From: Octopus sinensis
Taxonomy: Eukaryota
DNA: 64,000 nucleotides
Assembly: GCF_006345805.1 (NCBI RefSeq)
Contig: NC_043004.1
Coordinates: forward strand, 92,814,001 to 92,878,000
Direction: 5' to 3'
Shown piece after piece: positions 1 through 13,199 of the stretch (the stretch's first letter is position 1; every line of letters begins with the position of its first letter). The position numbers and the translations under genes are program-made. Under the pieces are notes generated by a model. It was not told the origin of the DNA, ran no database searches, and worked only from the letters and a program-made list of their open reading frames with translations.

Positions 1-490
1 ACCTTGGGCAAGTGTTTTCTACTATAACCTCGGGCCAACCAAAGCCTTGTGAGTGGATTTGGTAGACAGAAACTGAAAGAAACCCACCGTATATATATCT
101 GGCTTCTGTGCCGGTGGCACATAAAAAGCACCCACTACACTCACGGAGTGGTTGGCATTTGGAACGGCATCCAGCTACAGAAACACTGCCAGATCAGACT
201 GGAGCCTGGTGCAGCCTCCTGGCTTCTCAGACCCCGGTCAAACCATCCAACCCATGCTAGCATGGAAAACGGATGTTAAACGATGATGATGATGATTATT
301 ATGTATGTATGTATGTATTTGTGTGTCTGTGCTTGTCCCACTACCGTTGCTAGACAACCAATGTTGGTGTGCTTATGCCCAACTACTTGGCTTACAAAGA
401 ATAAGTCTTGGCGTTGATTTGTTTGACTAAAGGTGGTGCTCCAGCTTGGCCACAATCAAATGACTGAAACAAGTAAAAGAATAAAAGAAT
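1..490 (+). mobile_element. tRNA-derived SINE (family A, 5' part outside window) with a nested RTE-type 3'-end insertion
   Basis: ACCTTGGGCAAGTG...GGAAACTGAAAGAA body and GACTGAAACAAGTAAAAG tail match the complete copies at 5014, 10630 and 42545; interrupted at ~100-296. Confidence 0.8.
100..296 (+). mobile_element. RTE-LINE 3' UTR fragment / RTE-related short retroposon with (GAT)n tail
   Basis: GGTGGCACATAAAAAGCACCCACTACAC...CCATGCTAGCATGGAAAACGGATGTTAAACGATGATG, the same terminus as the RTE copy at 6209-7660. Confidence 0.8.
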
Positions 491-1411
491 GTGTGTGTGT
501 GTATTTAGTTAATAAAAAACCTATATCAGAAAGAAGCACACTCTGTATATATATAATTCTATTATGTTTACAGTAGTTTTATGAACAAAGTAAACAGTAT
601 TCAATACACACCATAGATTAGATATTTATTTCAATATACTTGTTAACATGCCTTCTATGGCTTTTCTCTAAGTTTCATGTCAAGAAAAAGTAAGCAATCC
701 TCAGATATTCTCTACAAAAAGTAACTCAATTACTGGTGTTAAATCTCTGGCAGTTACTGAGAAGTTCTTCTTTCCTACAGTTTTTTGTTTCTTTTGGTGG
801 GGGGAAGTGTTTCTCAATTTTTAACCCTTAGAATCTGTTGTAGAGCTGTCTTTTTCCACTGTTGTTATATTCCAAAGTTGTCAATGGAATGGTTCCTGGT
901 ACTGTATGACCCCCCTGTTGTACAGTATTACTATCCTCAAAAGATTGGGCTGTTATTACTATATCAGCACAGACACAACTATCAACACAATCTACACATA
1001 CTCTCAACATTCCTGGCCTTCTCGACCTTCTTTTCTGTTGACCAGCTACTGGTCTATTTATAATGGCTGGCTACTACCACTTTTTACCGGGTGGGGTGTA
1101 CAGTTTCATTATACAACAGAATCCATGAGAACACTTTAGGAGGAGGAGTTTCTGTCATCTATGGAAGATGCAAGTGGACATCCACATGGTTTTATGTTTA
1201 TGTCAAGAAGATAACGATGTTGTTACAAATTAGCTAGCTATAAACACAAAATCATATGGTCATCCACTTTTACTTCTTCTTGAAGCATAGTCAGTGGAAA
1301 TTATCCCTGCTAAGGTGTGCTTGTTGTTTCAAAGGATTAACACTTTTAAATTTACTTTATTTATTTACTTTTTTTAACTATTTATTTAATTTTTTTCTTT
1401 TCTCTTTGAAG

Positions 1412-1477
1412 ATTAAAGAAGTTGTGCCACTGGCTTCAACAGATGAAACAGCAGAATTTTGGGAGCATGATATACAA
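1412..1477 (+). CDS. DUF389-family paralog 1 (+), exon L' (IKEVVPLASTDETAEFWEHDIQ)
   Basis: ttgaag|ATT acceptor, CAA|gtgagt donor, 66 nt, phase 0-0; homologous to minus exon 41070-41135. Confidence 0.88.
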
Positions 1478-3459
1478 GTGAGTTCCTTTTTAACTGATTA
1501 CTTCAGAACATATCACTGATGTGTGTGGGGGGGATGGGGGAAACATATATTTATATTAATAAATACACATATACAAAATATTTGGTGGACTTAACTTGCT
1601 ACCTGTTTTGACAACACAAGTTAATGTGTGTCTGCTTTTGGCAGAGATCATTCTGTTGAAAGCATCTGATCCAGGAATGCAGTCAGGAAACATTTCCTTC
1701 CTACAATCTTGGACACTCTTGTGTAAGAGAGTGTATGTGTGTGTGCGCATGTGTGCATACATGCATACATGTGTGTGTACATGCATGCATGCATAAAATG
1801 TATATATGATGTATGCGTGTACACGTAGCTCCAGTGTCTCAGTTTTGGTGTGGTTTCTGTGGCTGGACACCCTTACTAGCATCTACCACTTTACAGAGTG
1901 GACTGGGTAGTTTGCTTTTTTTTGTGGCACCAGCCACGCTCTTTTTTTGTATGGAAACCCATGTTTTCAGCTATGGAGATTCTGATTCTGTAAAAAAATT
2001 TGGCAAAAATTACAACTTCAAAATTTCAATTTTTTTGAGATTTGATTTATTTCTGCACTTGTACTTTTTGTAACTTTCAAGTTTCAGTTGTAAAAAAAAA
2101 AACAAAGAACAATGAACACTTTAATTTCACTTTGTCATAATATACCTCACTTTACTGCGATCTGTTTGAACAAAACAGAAAGATAATTTTAGTAAATCAA
2201 CAAAAGATTAATTAGCTGTATCATATTTCTGATTTCAGAATTTTTTTCTTTAATACAGAGAGGATGATGGTTAATGATAATAATTTCAAAACTTACAACA
2301 GAGCAAAATAGATATTCCAAAGTCATGGCAACATTTGAGCTGACTATTTAAGAACTACAGGGTTGTTGATGTGTTTTGTTCAGAATTTTTATGGGTCAAA
2401 AAGCAAAACCCATTCAACTACTTAACCTGTCACATTAGCAACATCAGTTACAAAGAATTGTTGACAAAGAAGAACTGATAGAAAGGGAAGAGAAGCTAAA
2501 ACATGCATTTTTCTGAAAGCATGCCTTCCATAGTTATTTTAATGGAATAAAAAAGAATCTTACAGACATTGAAATGATAGTTATTGAAAGATAAGAAGTG
2601 GGGGACAAAAGATTTCATATGTGTTTTTCTTTAAGCATGACTAGTGGAAACAAAATGGAAACACAGGGAAGTATCAATCTGGACAGGTTTCCTTTGAAAC
2701 AAAGTAACTATTTCAGTTTCCAATGATTGGACAACTTTTCAATGTGGTTATAAATACATTGCATTCTTAAATTGATTTTTGAGTTATATAAAAATCAATG
2801 GACATGCAGTACATGACTAGCATGTCTCAACTACATGTCACTGATATGTGTGTGTGTGTGTGTGTGTGTGTGTATAAGTATATGTATATATGTATGTTTG
2901 TGTGTGTGTGTGAGAAAGAGAGATTGATATTGCTGCCATCATCACTGTCAGCATCATTTTGCATCCACTTTCCATGGTGCCATGAGTTGGATAGGTTGTC
3001 ACAATTCAAGTCAGTTCTAAGTCAGAGCTACAATTTGACTAGATGGGATGGGAAACACATTCTATGAACATGTTCCATTTCCATCATCATTTCACAGTGA
3101 TGATCCTGAAATAGACTTAGGTTCAAACACTAGTCAGTAAGTGGGGCCAATGCTCTGCAAAGCCATCAAGGAGGAGGCCCCCAAAATGATGCACATTCTC
3201 TCCTAATGACCCTTGAAACCTACAGGCTTGCTGCATGTTGAGTTTTTGATAGACTGCAATTACATCAGCAAGCTGTCTTCAAGTTTCTACCTGGATGTTG
3301 TTCCTATTGTCAACCACATTCCTGGGTGAAGAAGGTGCACAACAGAATAGTTATGATGGTGGTGGTGGTGGCGGTGGCGGCGGCGGCAACAGCTGTTTCT
3401 GGGATCAGAATAAGTTTTGTTTCCTTGTTATTAAACAAGTTTATTTTTCTCTATTACAG

Positions 3460-3525
3460 GTGGCCAGGGATTCCTACAAGACTATGAAGGGCCCAGAATC
3501 TTTGTCTTTTATTACAGAATATCAG
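3460..3525 (+). CDS. DUF389-family paralog 1 (+), exon M' (VARDSYKTMKGPESLSFITEYQ)
   Basis: ttacag|GTG acceptor, CAG|gtgagg donor, 66 nt, phase 0-0; homologous to 38454-38498. Confidence 0.88.
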
Positions 3526-4041
3526 GTGAGGAGTGCTGCATGTATACAGTTCTGTGTCATATTCCAATTTGTACTGAGCATTTTTAATGTTACATTGTTC
3601 GTATAAGTGCAGGCATGGCAGTGTTAAATCTGGAGTATTATCTCCTAATGTAATATCCTTGTCAGTATGAATGTCTTTTGGGGGCTAAACCATTTTTGTA
3701 AAGGTACTTGATAACACCATGGGGCCAAATTTCATCCATCTTCTGGAGAAGTCACTGCTAGTTATTTTTGAAGTTTTCTTTGAACATCAGATGTCAGTAC
3801 GTAAGATGTTACAGCTCTGGCATCACTCTTTCATAGTCAGCCTATGAACTTACCAGCCCACCCTCATAGCCATTCTATCAAAAAATGGATCAAGTTTTCT
3901 ATTTATTATTTTACATTTCACTGTTTTCACTGTGGCTATGAGGAGGAAGCACATATAAGGGGTTTAGCTGATCATATGGACCCAATACAAAATGTATAAG
4001 AATGTTTCCTTCATGTTCAATACTATATCAAGCTACATATT

Positions 4042-4085
<44 letters not shown>

Positions 4086-4434
4086 TTCCTCATTCTTTTC
4101 CTTTTTTTCAGAATTTTAATTAATAGCTGAGCCATTTTGGGCATTACTTCTATGCATAACATCTCAACCCTTTTGGACCCCTTTTCTGTCCAAACTAAAC
4201 CTTGCTGGCTCTTATAAAACCATTCTCCTATCTATAGTCACCAAATGGGACCAGTGATGGAATCTACTATATAAATAATTACTACTCCTTTCCCAAACAC
4301 CAATCGTTTACTATATAACTATAACAATATTGTTTACATTTTATTGACAGATTGCTTACAGACCTCTTAGCCAGAAATACTTGTCTCGTCAGCAATTTCT
4401 GTTTGTGTTCAGACCCGTTTTTCTCTATTTGCAG

Positions 4435-4500
4435 AAACTTTTAGAGAAAGAAAGAACCATGGATCTTAATAACTTGACGCGCAGGAATCAACTGTCAAGG
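4435..4500 (+). CDS. DUF389-family paralog 1 (+), exon N' (KLLEKERTMDLNNLTRRNQLSR)
   Basis: ttgcag|AAA acceptor, AGG|gtaatt donor, 66 nt, phase 0-0; homologous to 36639-36698. Confidence 0.82.
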
Positions 4501-4679
4501 GTAATTAGTCATGCTTATACATTTTTCGTTCTTTTTCTTTCATTACTCATTCATCTCTTTCACACACATTAACATTACCAAACTTACTTCTGAAAGGCTA
4601 AACTTCCCCTTCATGGCCAAAAAATATTTCAGCCCTGATCTGTTACTGCCTCAAAACATCAATTCCACCTTCACTACAT

Positions 4680-4945
4680 AAATAATAATAATAATAAATG
4701 CGCCCTTTTAAAGCCTAGCCAGGCTCATGGGCCTGGTTTTCCGGTTTCTATGGCATATGTGTTCCCCAGCTGGACGGGATGCCAGTCCATCGCAGCGTTA
4801 CTCATTTTTGCCCGCTGAGTGAACAGGAGCAACAGGAAATGAAGTGTTTTGCTCAAGATCACAATGCGTCGCCTGGTCCAGGAATCAAAACCACAATCTT
4901 ACGATCATGGTGCTGACACCCTAACCACTAAGCCATGCGCCTCCA
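4680..4945 (-). mobile_element. tRNA-derived SINE (family B) with (TTA)n tail and 14-bp target-site duplication
   Basis: Reverse strand starts GGAGGCGCATGGCTTAGTGGTTAGGG (tRNA-like head); TSD CACCTTCACTACAT at 4666-4679 and 4946-4959; absent from the paralogous intron. Confidence 0.88.
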
Positions 4946-5013
4946 CACCTTCACTACATGCAGAAAGAAAAAGAAATCTCTGGGGTTTTAGTCTTTGTTT
5001 CATTTTTATAATA

Positions 5014-5417
5014 GGCGCAGGAGTGGCTGTGTGGTAAGTAGCTTGCTAACCAACTACATGGTTCCGGGTTCAGTCCCACTGCGTGGCATCTTGGGCAAGT
5101 GTCTTCTGCTATAGCCCCGGGCTGACCAATGCCTTGTGAGTGGATTTGGTAGACGGAAACTGAAAGAAGCCTGTCGTATATATGTATATATATATGTATG
5201 TGTGTGTGTGTTTGCGTGTCTGTGTTTGTCCCCTTAGTATTGCTTGACAACCAATGCTGGTGTGTTTACGTCCCCGTCACTTAGCAGTTCGGCAAAAGAG
5301 ACCGATGGAATAAGTACTGGGCTTACAAAGAATAAGTCCCGAGGTCGATTTGCTCGACTAAAAGCGGTGCTCCAGCATGACCACAGTCAAATGACTGAAA
5401 CAAGTAAAAAAAAAAAA
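5014..5417 (+). mobile_element. tRNA-derived SINE (family A), full length
   Basis: GGCGCAGGAGTGGCTGTGTGGTAAG head, GGTTCAGTCCC B-box-like motif, internal (TA/TG)n, GACTGAAACAAGTAAAA tail. Confidence 0.88.
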
Positions 5418-5822
5418 GCTGACAAAATTTCTCTCACTACCTATGGTGATTTTGTATTTATAACACTATTATTAAGAGCTTTGTTAAACTTAATACACTG
5501 ATTTGCCTTAAAGATAAATTCTCAGTTACTGGTTGGATTAAAAAATTGCTGATGCATTAGCAGTGCTTGTTTTTGATGTTATGAAACTTATAGGTTTATT
5601 ATAATAATAAACCCATAGATAATAAACTTATAAATTTCAGGAATAAACATATAGATTTCAGTAATCATCCTTACTGACATTGTTGCATCATTCAAGGCTG
5701 AGTCTTTGGATCTACTTTTGGCATTAGCATTTGTTAATTGTCCTTCCAATCAAAGCGTTACTGTCATTGTAATAAAATATGCCCAGTAGCAAGATAAAAT
5801 CATGGCAATTGGATTTGTGTAG

Positions 5823-5882
5823 AAATACAGATTTCCAAAGTGGCTGAAGAGATCTCCAAACCTCACCGTACCATCTAACATG
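5823..5882 (+). CDS. candidate additional 60-nt exon of paralog 1 (KYRFPKWLKRSPNLTVPSNM)
   Basis: tgtgtag| acceptor and ATG|gtgtgt donor, phase 0-0, only 2 differences from 35921-35980; weak pyrimidine tract. Confidence 0.35.
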
Positions 5883-6208
5883 GTGTGTGTCCAGACCATG
5901 AAACATCATTTCAGATGTTTGCTCTGCATCATGTCTTCTAGCCCAGCATAACAAAATATTGTCACCAGTACTATTTCCCCCATTGGCTTGCTTCCACTCT
6001 TAGAGACAAAAGAAAGTAAATATGTTTTAAACTCTGAAATATTCTATCATTCTTTGCCATTTTGACTCTAAAATATATTTGGTGTTTCATATTACGCACA
6101 CGCACACAAATACATATTTTTTATATATTTTTCAGATATCAATTTTAATTTTATTTTATGTATCTCCATTATTGTATCATATTTTTTTGTACAATTTGCT
6201 TTTACAAT

Positions 6209-6267
<59 letters not shown>

Positions 6268-7660
6268 TTAATGTCCATTTTCCATGCTGCCATGGGTTGG
6301 ACAATTTGACTGAGGATTGGCAAGCCAGTAGGCTGCACCAGGCTCCAATCTGATCTGACATGGTTTCTACAGCTGGATACCCTTCCTAATGCCAACCACT
6401 CCAAGTGTTTTTATGTGCCACCAGCACAGGAGCCAGTCAGGCGGCACTGGCATTGACCACATTCAGATGGTACTTTTTACATGCCACTGGCATGTGGAAC
6501 CAGTCAGGTGGGACTGGCATTGATTCACACTTGAATGGTGCTTATTACATGCCACCAGCACTGTCATCACCCACAACTACGATTTCCATTTGATTTTACT
6601 TGACTCAATAGGTCCTCTCAAGTGCAGCGTATCGCTCGATGATTCAAGGGCACTTTTAAATGGGCTGGTTATGTGCTACTGGTATTGGCACCGCTAGGAT
6701 CTCACTTTACTTGCTGGGTCATTGGCCATTTGACTGAACAGGGTTTCTCAAGCACAGCATATTGCCCAATGATTCAAGGGTACTTTTAAATGGGTTGGTT
6801 ACGTGACACTGATATCGGCCACGGCTGTTATCTCACTTTACTTGCTGGGTCTTCTCAATCACAGCATATCTCCAAAGGTCTCTGTCTCTTGTCATTGCCT
6901 CTGTGAGGCCAAATGTTCGAAGGTTGTGCTTTACCACCTCATCCTATGCCTTCCTGAGTCTCCCTCTTCCTCAGGTTTCTTCCACTGTTAGAGTGTGACA
7001 CTTCTTCACTTAGCTGTCCTCATCCATACATAACACATGGCTATACCAGCGCAGTCATCTTTCTTGCACACTACATCTGATGCTTCTTATGTCCCACATT
7101 TCTCTCATGGCGCTTACACTCTGTCTTCTATGCACACTGACATTATGCCATTTCTTTCAAGCCTATATTTGTCCTCAACATTCATGGCCCATGTTTCTCT
7201 GCTATGTAGCATATCTGTTCACACACATGCATCATACAGTCCACCTTTCACTCTGAGTGAGAAGCTCTTTGTTACCAGCAGAGGTAGGAGTTTTCTGAAC
7301 ATTGCCTGGGCTATTCTTATTCTTGTGGCAACACTCTCAGAGCATCCATCCCTGCTACAGACTTGGTCACCTAGGTAGCAGAAACTATCAACTACTTCTA
7401 TTCCCCCCCACCCTCGACCTGTGCTGGAATCTGTTTACTGTACATCTTCAGTATTTATCACCCCTATACACCTGCCACACACAAGAACTATCTTCTCGGT
7501 TATCCTTCCTTTGATATTGCTGCACCTCTTATGTGTCCATAGCTTACACTGGTACATCTTGTGGAGTTTCTACCTACGTCTTTTCTACAGATCAAGCAGG
7601 GCCATCTACCTGAAGGAGTTTGTGATTTGTCCACCTTCCTATTTACTAGGACTTTGGTCC
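6209..7660 (-). mobile_element. 5'-truncated RTE-clade LINE (degenerate ORF2 C-terminus, 3' UTR, (GAT)n tail)
   Basis: Minus strand reads EVVDSFCYLGD and KKCHTLTVE...DEVVKHNLRTFGLTEAMTRDRDLWRYAV with stops and frameshifts; (CAT)n at 6209-6267. Confidence 0.85.
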
Positions 7661-8532
7661 ATCATACCCTGTCAGCCAATTATATCTTACTCTTATATTC
7701 CATTATGCAATTAGTGATCGGTATCTTATTTGGATACCTTTTTATACATTTTAATGAATATATTTTATGTTCTATTTTTCACAATCATTCAAAGTTCAGC
7801 AAAAAGAAAGTCCTCACTTTATGAAGATTCAACTTATCTCACTCATAATATCAAGTACTCTTTTCTCTGACTTGTTTACACACACATGCGCATGCACACA
7901 CATACACACACACACACACATGTATATCTGCATATATACATGTGTGTGTGTCTGTATGAAGTTTGCATTCTGTATGTCTTCACATCATTTGAGCCAAGTA
8001 CTGATGTTATATTTACATCCATTGTAAACAGCATATGTATATCTAAACAATATATATATATATATAAATTTTTCTGTTTCAGTTTTATGCTGATGAATTT
8101 AATCATTCAGAATTCAGCCCCAGCCCCAAGGTAAACATTTTATCTATTACTAAAAGAGCACTCACATGCACACACACACACACGCAACACACACACACAC
8201 ACATTCATACATGCACACACACACATTCACAGATTGACTGATAGAAAGTCAAACAGACTATCAAGTTTATCTGGCGGGCATTCAAGAAAGAACAAGAAAA
8301 AAAAAGGGGGCACCATTCAATCCTATATCTTATTTTATGCATTTCATCAGCATCAATAATCACCATTGTCACCAACACTATCAACATAATCAGTAGTGAG
8401 CCAATAAAAGGAACTGGACAGTCCTAGATGCATTGTGCCTGAAAAAGGAGAGAGTGGTAGACATCAGTAATGAGTGATAGGGATGTAACAGATGAATGGT
8501 GAGATGGAAGTAACGGCTGTATATACACACAC

Positions 8533-9210
8533 ACATCATCATCATCTTCATTTAACATCCATTTTCCATGCTAGCATGGGTTGGACGATTCGACCGAGGT
8601 CTGGGAAGCCAGAAGGCTGCACCAGGCTCCAGTCTGATCTGGCAGTGTTTCTACAGCTGGATGCCCTTCCTAACGCCAACCACTCCGTGAGTGTAGTCTG
8701 TGCTTTTTCCATGCCACTGGCACAGGAGCCAGAGGAGGCTGGCAAATGGCCACAATCGGTTGGTGCTTTTACGTGTCACCGGCACGGACGCCAGTCAGGT
8801 GGCACTGGCATCTGCCACGTTCGGACGGTGCTTTTTACGTGTCACCAGCATGGGTGTCTTAACTACAATTTCCATTTGATTTTTATTTTAATATTGACAT
8901 ACTTGACTCAATAGGTCTCCTCAAGAACAGCAGGTCACTCTATGATCCAAGGTTAGCACAGCAAGCCGTCCTGCGACCCATTTGTCGGGTCTTCACAGTC
9001 ACAGCTTATCTCAGAGGTCTCGGTCTTCGTCATTTCCTTTGTGAGGCCCTACATGCCACCAGCACGGGTATCACAGCTACAATATCCATAAGATTTTTAT
9101 TTGATGTTGATAACTTGACACAATAGGTCTCTCAAGCACAGCAAGCCATCCTACAAGCCATGAACTCACTTCATTTGTCGGGTCCTCGAAGTCACAGCAT
9201 ATCTCCAGCA
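8533..9210 (-). mobile_element. RTE-type 3' UTR copy with internal repeats
   Basis: (CAT)n then TTTAACATCCATTTTCCATGCTAGCATGGGTTGGACG, as in the other copies. Confidence 0.78.
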
Positions 9211-9278
9211 TATATACACAACATATGTACACATATGTACATATTTCCATATCAGTAATATGCTACTCAATGATATGA

Positions 9279-9309
<31 letters not shown>

Positions 9310-9335
<26 letters not shown>

Positions 9336-10046
9336 GTGTGTGTGTGTGTGTGAGTGTTTGTGTATATGTGTGTGTATTGTTTGGACCATTTTATCAGATC
9401 ATAGTGAATCATGTTGCATTGTTGCATTTCCTTACATTGTTGTTCAACAACCGACAGCTGAAATCTCAAATATCATTCCTGTGGGAACAAAATTTTGATT
9501 GCAACTTTAATGTGAACACAAGTAGTTTCATGTGGGTTGATATTAAAAGGATTGAAAGAATTGTTACAAAATGAAAAATTTGGAAGTTTTTATATTGATT
9601 TTATTTCTTATGGCATTGAGTGGCATGGAGTGTGATGACCCCACCAATCTGGCTTCTAAACTGTTTTACTACATGATAACAAAAGTGCCAGACATTCCAT
9701 CATGACTCAGTGCGTTCTGGGACTCACTTCCTTCCAGTTTAGGTCAACGATTGTTGGCAAACAATGGGTATTGAAACTGTGTTACAAGCTCGATTTGTTT
9801 GGTGCTTACCTCTTTTTGTATAGTATTCAGCTCTAGAATTGAACACCTTTTTCACATTATAGGTGCAGGAGTGGCTGTGTGGTAAGAGGCTTGCTTACCA
9901 ACCACATGGTTCCTGGTTCAGTCCCACTACGTGGCACCTTGGACAAGTGTCTTTTACTATAGCCTCGGGCTGACCAAAGCCTTGTTAGTGGATTTGGTAG
10001 ATGGAAACTGAAAGAAACCCGTCGTATATATGTATGTGTATGTATA

Positions 10047-10103
<57 letters not shown>

Positions 10104-10817
10104 TGTGTGTGTGTGTGTGTGAGTGTTTGTGTATATGTGTGTGTATTGTTTGGACCATTTTATCAGATCATAGTGAATCATGTTGCATTGTTGCATTTCC
10201 TTACATTGTTGTTCAACAACCGACAGCTGAAATCTCAAATATCATTCCTGTGGGAACAAAATTTTGATTGCAACTTTAATGTGAACACAAGTAGTTTCAT
10301 GTGGGTTGATATTAAAAGGATTGAAAGAATTGTTACAAAATGAAAAATTTGGAAGTTTTTATATTGATTTTATTTCTTATGGCATTGAGTGGCATGGAGT
10401 GTGATGACCCCACCAATCTGGCTTCTAAACTGTTTTACTACATGATAACAAAAGTGCCAGACATTCCATCATGACTCAGTGCGTTCTGGGACTCACTTCC
10501 TTCCAGTTTAGGTCAATGATTGTTGGCAAACAATGGGTATTGAAACTGTGTTACAAGCTCGATTTGTTTGGTGCTTACCTCTTTTTGTATAGTATTCAGC
10601 TCTAGAATTGAACACCTTTTTCACATTATAGATGCAGGAGTGGCTGTGTGGTAAGAGGCTTGCTTACCAACCACATGGTTCCTGGTTCAGTCCCACTACG
10701 TGGCACCTTGGACAAGTGTCTTTTACTATAGCCTCGGGCTGACCAAAGCCTTGTTAGTGGATTTGGTAGATGGAAACTGAAAGAAACCCGTCGTATATAT
10801 GTATGTGTATGTATATC

Positions 10818-10850
<33 letters not shown>
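9310..10850. repeat. near-perfect direct tandem duplication, period 769 bp
   Basis: GGACCATTTT at 9383 and 10152; units differ at very few sites (e.g. caacgatt/caatgatt); junctions lie in (TG)n/(TA)n. Confidence 0.92.
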
Positions 10851-10854
<4 letters not shown>

Positions 10855-11080
10855 TTGTGTGTCTGTGTTTGTCCCCCCAATATCGCTTGACAACCGATGC
10901 TGGTGTGTTTGTGTTTCCGTAACTTAGCAGTTCGGCAAACGAGACCAATAGAATAAGTACTAGGCTAGCAAAGAATAAGTCCTGGGGTCGATTTTTCCGA
11001 CTAAAGGCAGTGCTCCTGCATGGCCGCAGTCAAATGACTGAAACAAGTAAAAGAGTAAAAAAAAAAAAGAGTAAAAGAGT
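10630..11080 (+). mobile_element. tRNA-derived SINE (family A); its 5' half is duplicated at ~9860-10030
   Basis: GCAGGAGTGGCTGTGTGGTAAG head to GACTGAAACAAGTAAAAGAG tail. Confidence 0.85.
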
Positions 11081-11385
11081 ATTATGTTCACTGACAAAAA
11101 CTTATGGACATGTATACACAGAAAAGGAATTTTACAGTAAGTGATTACTTCAAATCTAAATCACTTTATCCACATCTGACATGTTTCTAAATGTGTTTAT
11201 AATCAATATGTATTTAACAGAATCAAAATAAATTTAAATTTATGATCAAAATATATTTATCAGCAAAATGTATAGTTATCATCAAATTTGATCTATCAAC
11301 AGAAAGTATTATCATCAAATTGTACTTGTCATCCAAATATATTTATTAATGTATTTGTCATGAAAATAAATTTATCATCAGCATA

Positions 11386-12225
11386 TAGGGTGTTTGGGCT
11401 TAATTTTAAAGTTTGCATGAAAGGTAAAAACATAATAATATCCCATCCAAAAATAAAAATATCTTCAAAAATCAAAAAATATCATGAAATATACAGCTGG
11501 GAGAGAAAATAGTTTACTCAAAGTAGCCACTTTCAGTTTCCACCATGGCCTGCAGATGGTTCTGGAACCTGCTGTATGGTGTATGCATTCCTCTCTGTAT
11601 TTCTGGGAAGATCTTTGAACACCTCCTTGATCTTGGCCTTGGTATTGTAGGCAGAGCAGTTGGTGTCTTTCTCAAACTACACCCCACACATATAATAACC
11701 CATCGGATTACAATCGGAGGAATTAGGAGACCAGAAACAGAGGCTGGTGAAGTCGTAAAAATTCTCCTACAACCACTTCTGACTCTTTCCAGCTGCCACA
11801 CATATGGCCTTCCAGCAACAACCCTCTCCAGCCAGGATTTGACCACAGTCTCCAGAAGCTTCACTTAACCATCAAAATTGAGCCTAAGGCCCTGTTCAAA
11901 GATGTGCATCAACTTGATGTTACCCTTACAGTTTGAGGGAACTTGATTTTCATGATGTCCATGTCACATCTTAACAACCTTTACAATGTTCACAGTAGTT
12001 ATGATGCTGGCATTTTCATACCCAGCGAGAACCATCATGATACAGATAACTCTTTTCTATTATTCAAATGGCTTCCAGTCCTCCATATCAGCTAACTTTT
12101 TCTCAACTACATCTTTAATCTTTATATTCTCCAACATGATTAACTGTTCAACAATACATTGAGCTGTTCCTGAAAAAAAGAAAAAAAGGGGACAAAATTT
12201 AATCAAATTTAGCCCAAACATCCTG
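11386..12225 (-). mobile_element. Tc1-like DNA transposon relic (840 bp, internally deleted)
   Basis: Imperfect TIRs TAGGGTGTTTGGGCTTAATTTT / AAATTTAGCCCAAACATCCTG flanked by TA; minus ORF 11514-11864 (WLERVVAGRPYVWQ) resembles a frameshifted Tc1 transposase C-terminus. Confidence 0.75.
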
Positions 12226-13199
12226 TATTTGGTGAATCACCTTTGCATCCTTTAACAATGCATTTTGCGTGATCAAAATATATTCTAAGTCAATCAGATT
12301 TACAGTACAGTATGGTAAGAAGGTCATGTGTTACATCCATTGTTTGGCTACAGTGACTCATGAAAATTTGGGTGGATAATCCCTTATTGTAAAGAAATTA
12401 TTCAGTAGTAGAGAAGGAGTTATACCCATGTTTCAATGTACACACATACACACACATAATTATGTTGTATGGTATTATAGCATGAATAAATATGGTTATC
12501 GTTTAACTGCATGTCAGATCTGATGCAACAAACCTATGCACAAAACATTCCATTTGTAATCTTCCCCTCCGTTTCTTTCAAACATCTTGGATTACACTAT
12601 TCAATATGTCATTCTCTGTTTTTTAAAACTATTGGATGTGATATGAGAGAGGTTTGACTGTTTACTCTAGGAAGTTGAACTTAATGATCTAATTTATGAC
12701 AGTAGTCATGACTAGTTAGGTATACCCATTGAGAGATCATCTATGCAGTCACTTAACCTACTAGAAATAACAGCCAGATTTCTCAAATCACATTTCATTT
12801 GCTTCAAAAATGGATGCATTATGGCTGAATCCTTTGGAATGGCCACAGCTGAAATGCATTTGATTATCATTCTGCTTGATCTCAAGAAGGAGTCTAGGCT
12901 AAACAGCAAAACTAATAATAAATTTAACAGAAAATTATCCAAATATATATTTTCCTATCAATCCTATTTAAAATAATTTAGAATAAGTTTCTTCCCAATT
13001 TAATTCAAAATTTCAGTTCTGATATTTTATCACCCTTCAATATATATATATATATATATCACACACACACACAGATATGTATAGGCATTAAAACAAAGAC
13101 TGGAATACCATTTTAATCCTGTGTTATAATATGGGAAATATTCTGTTGTGTCTGGGGAGAGTCATTTTCTTTTTGTGCCTTATAATGTAACACACTCAC

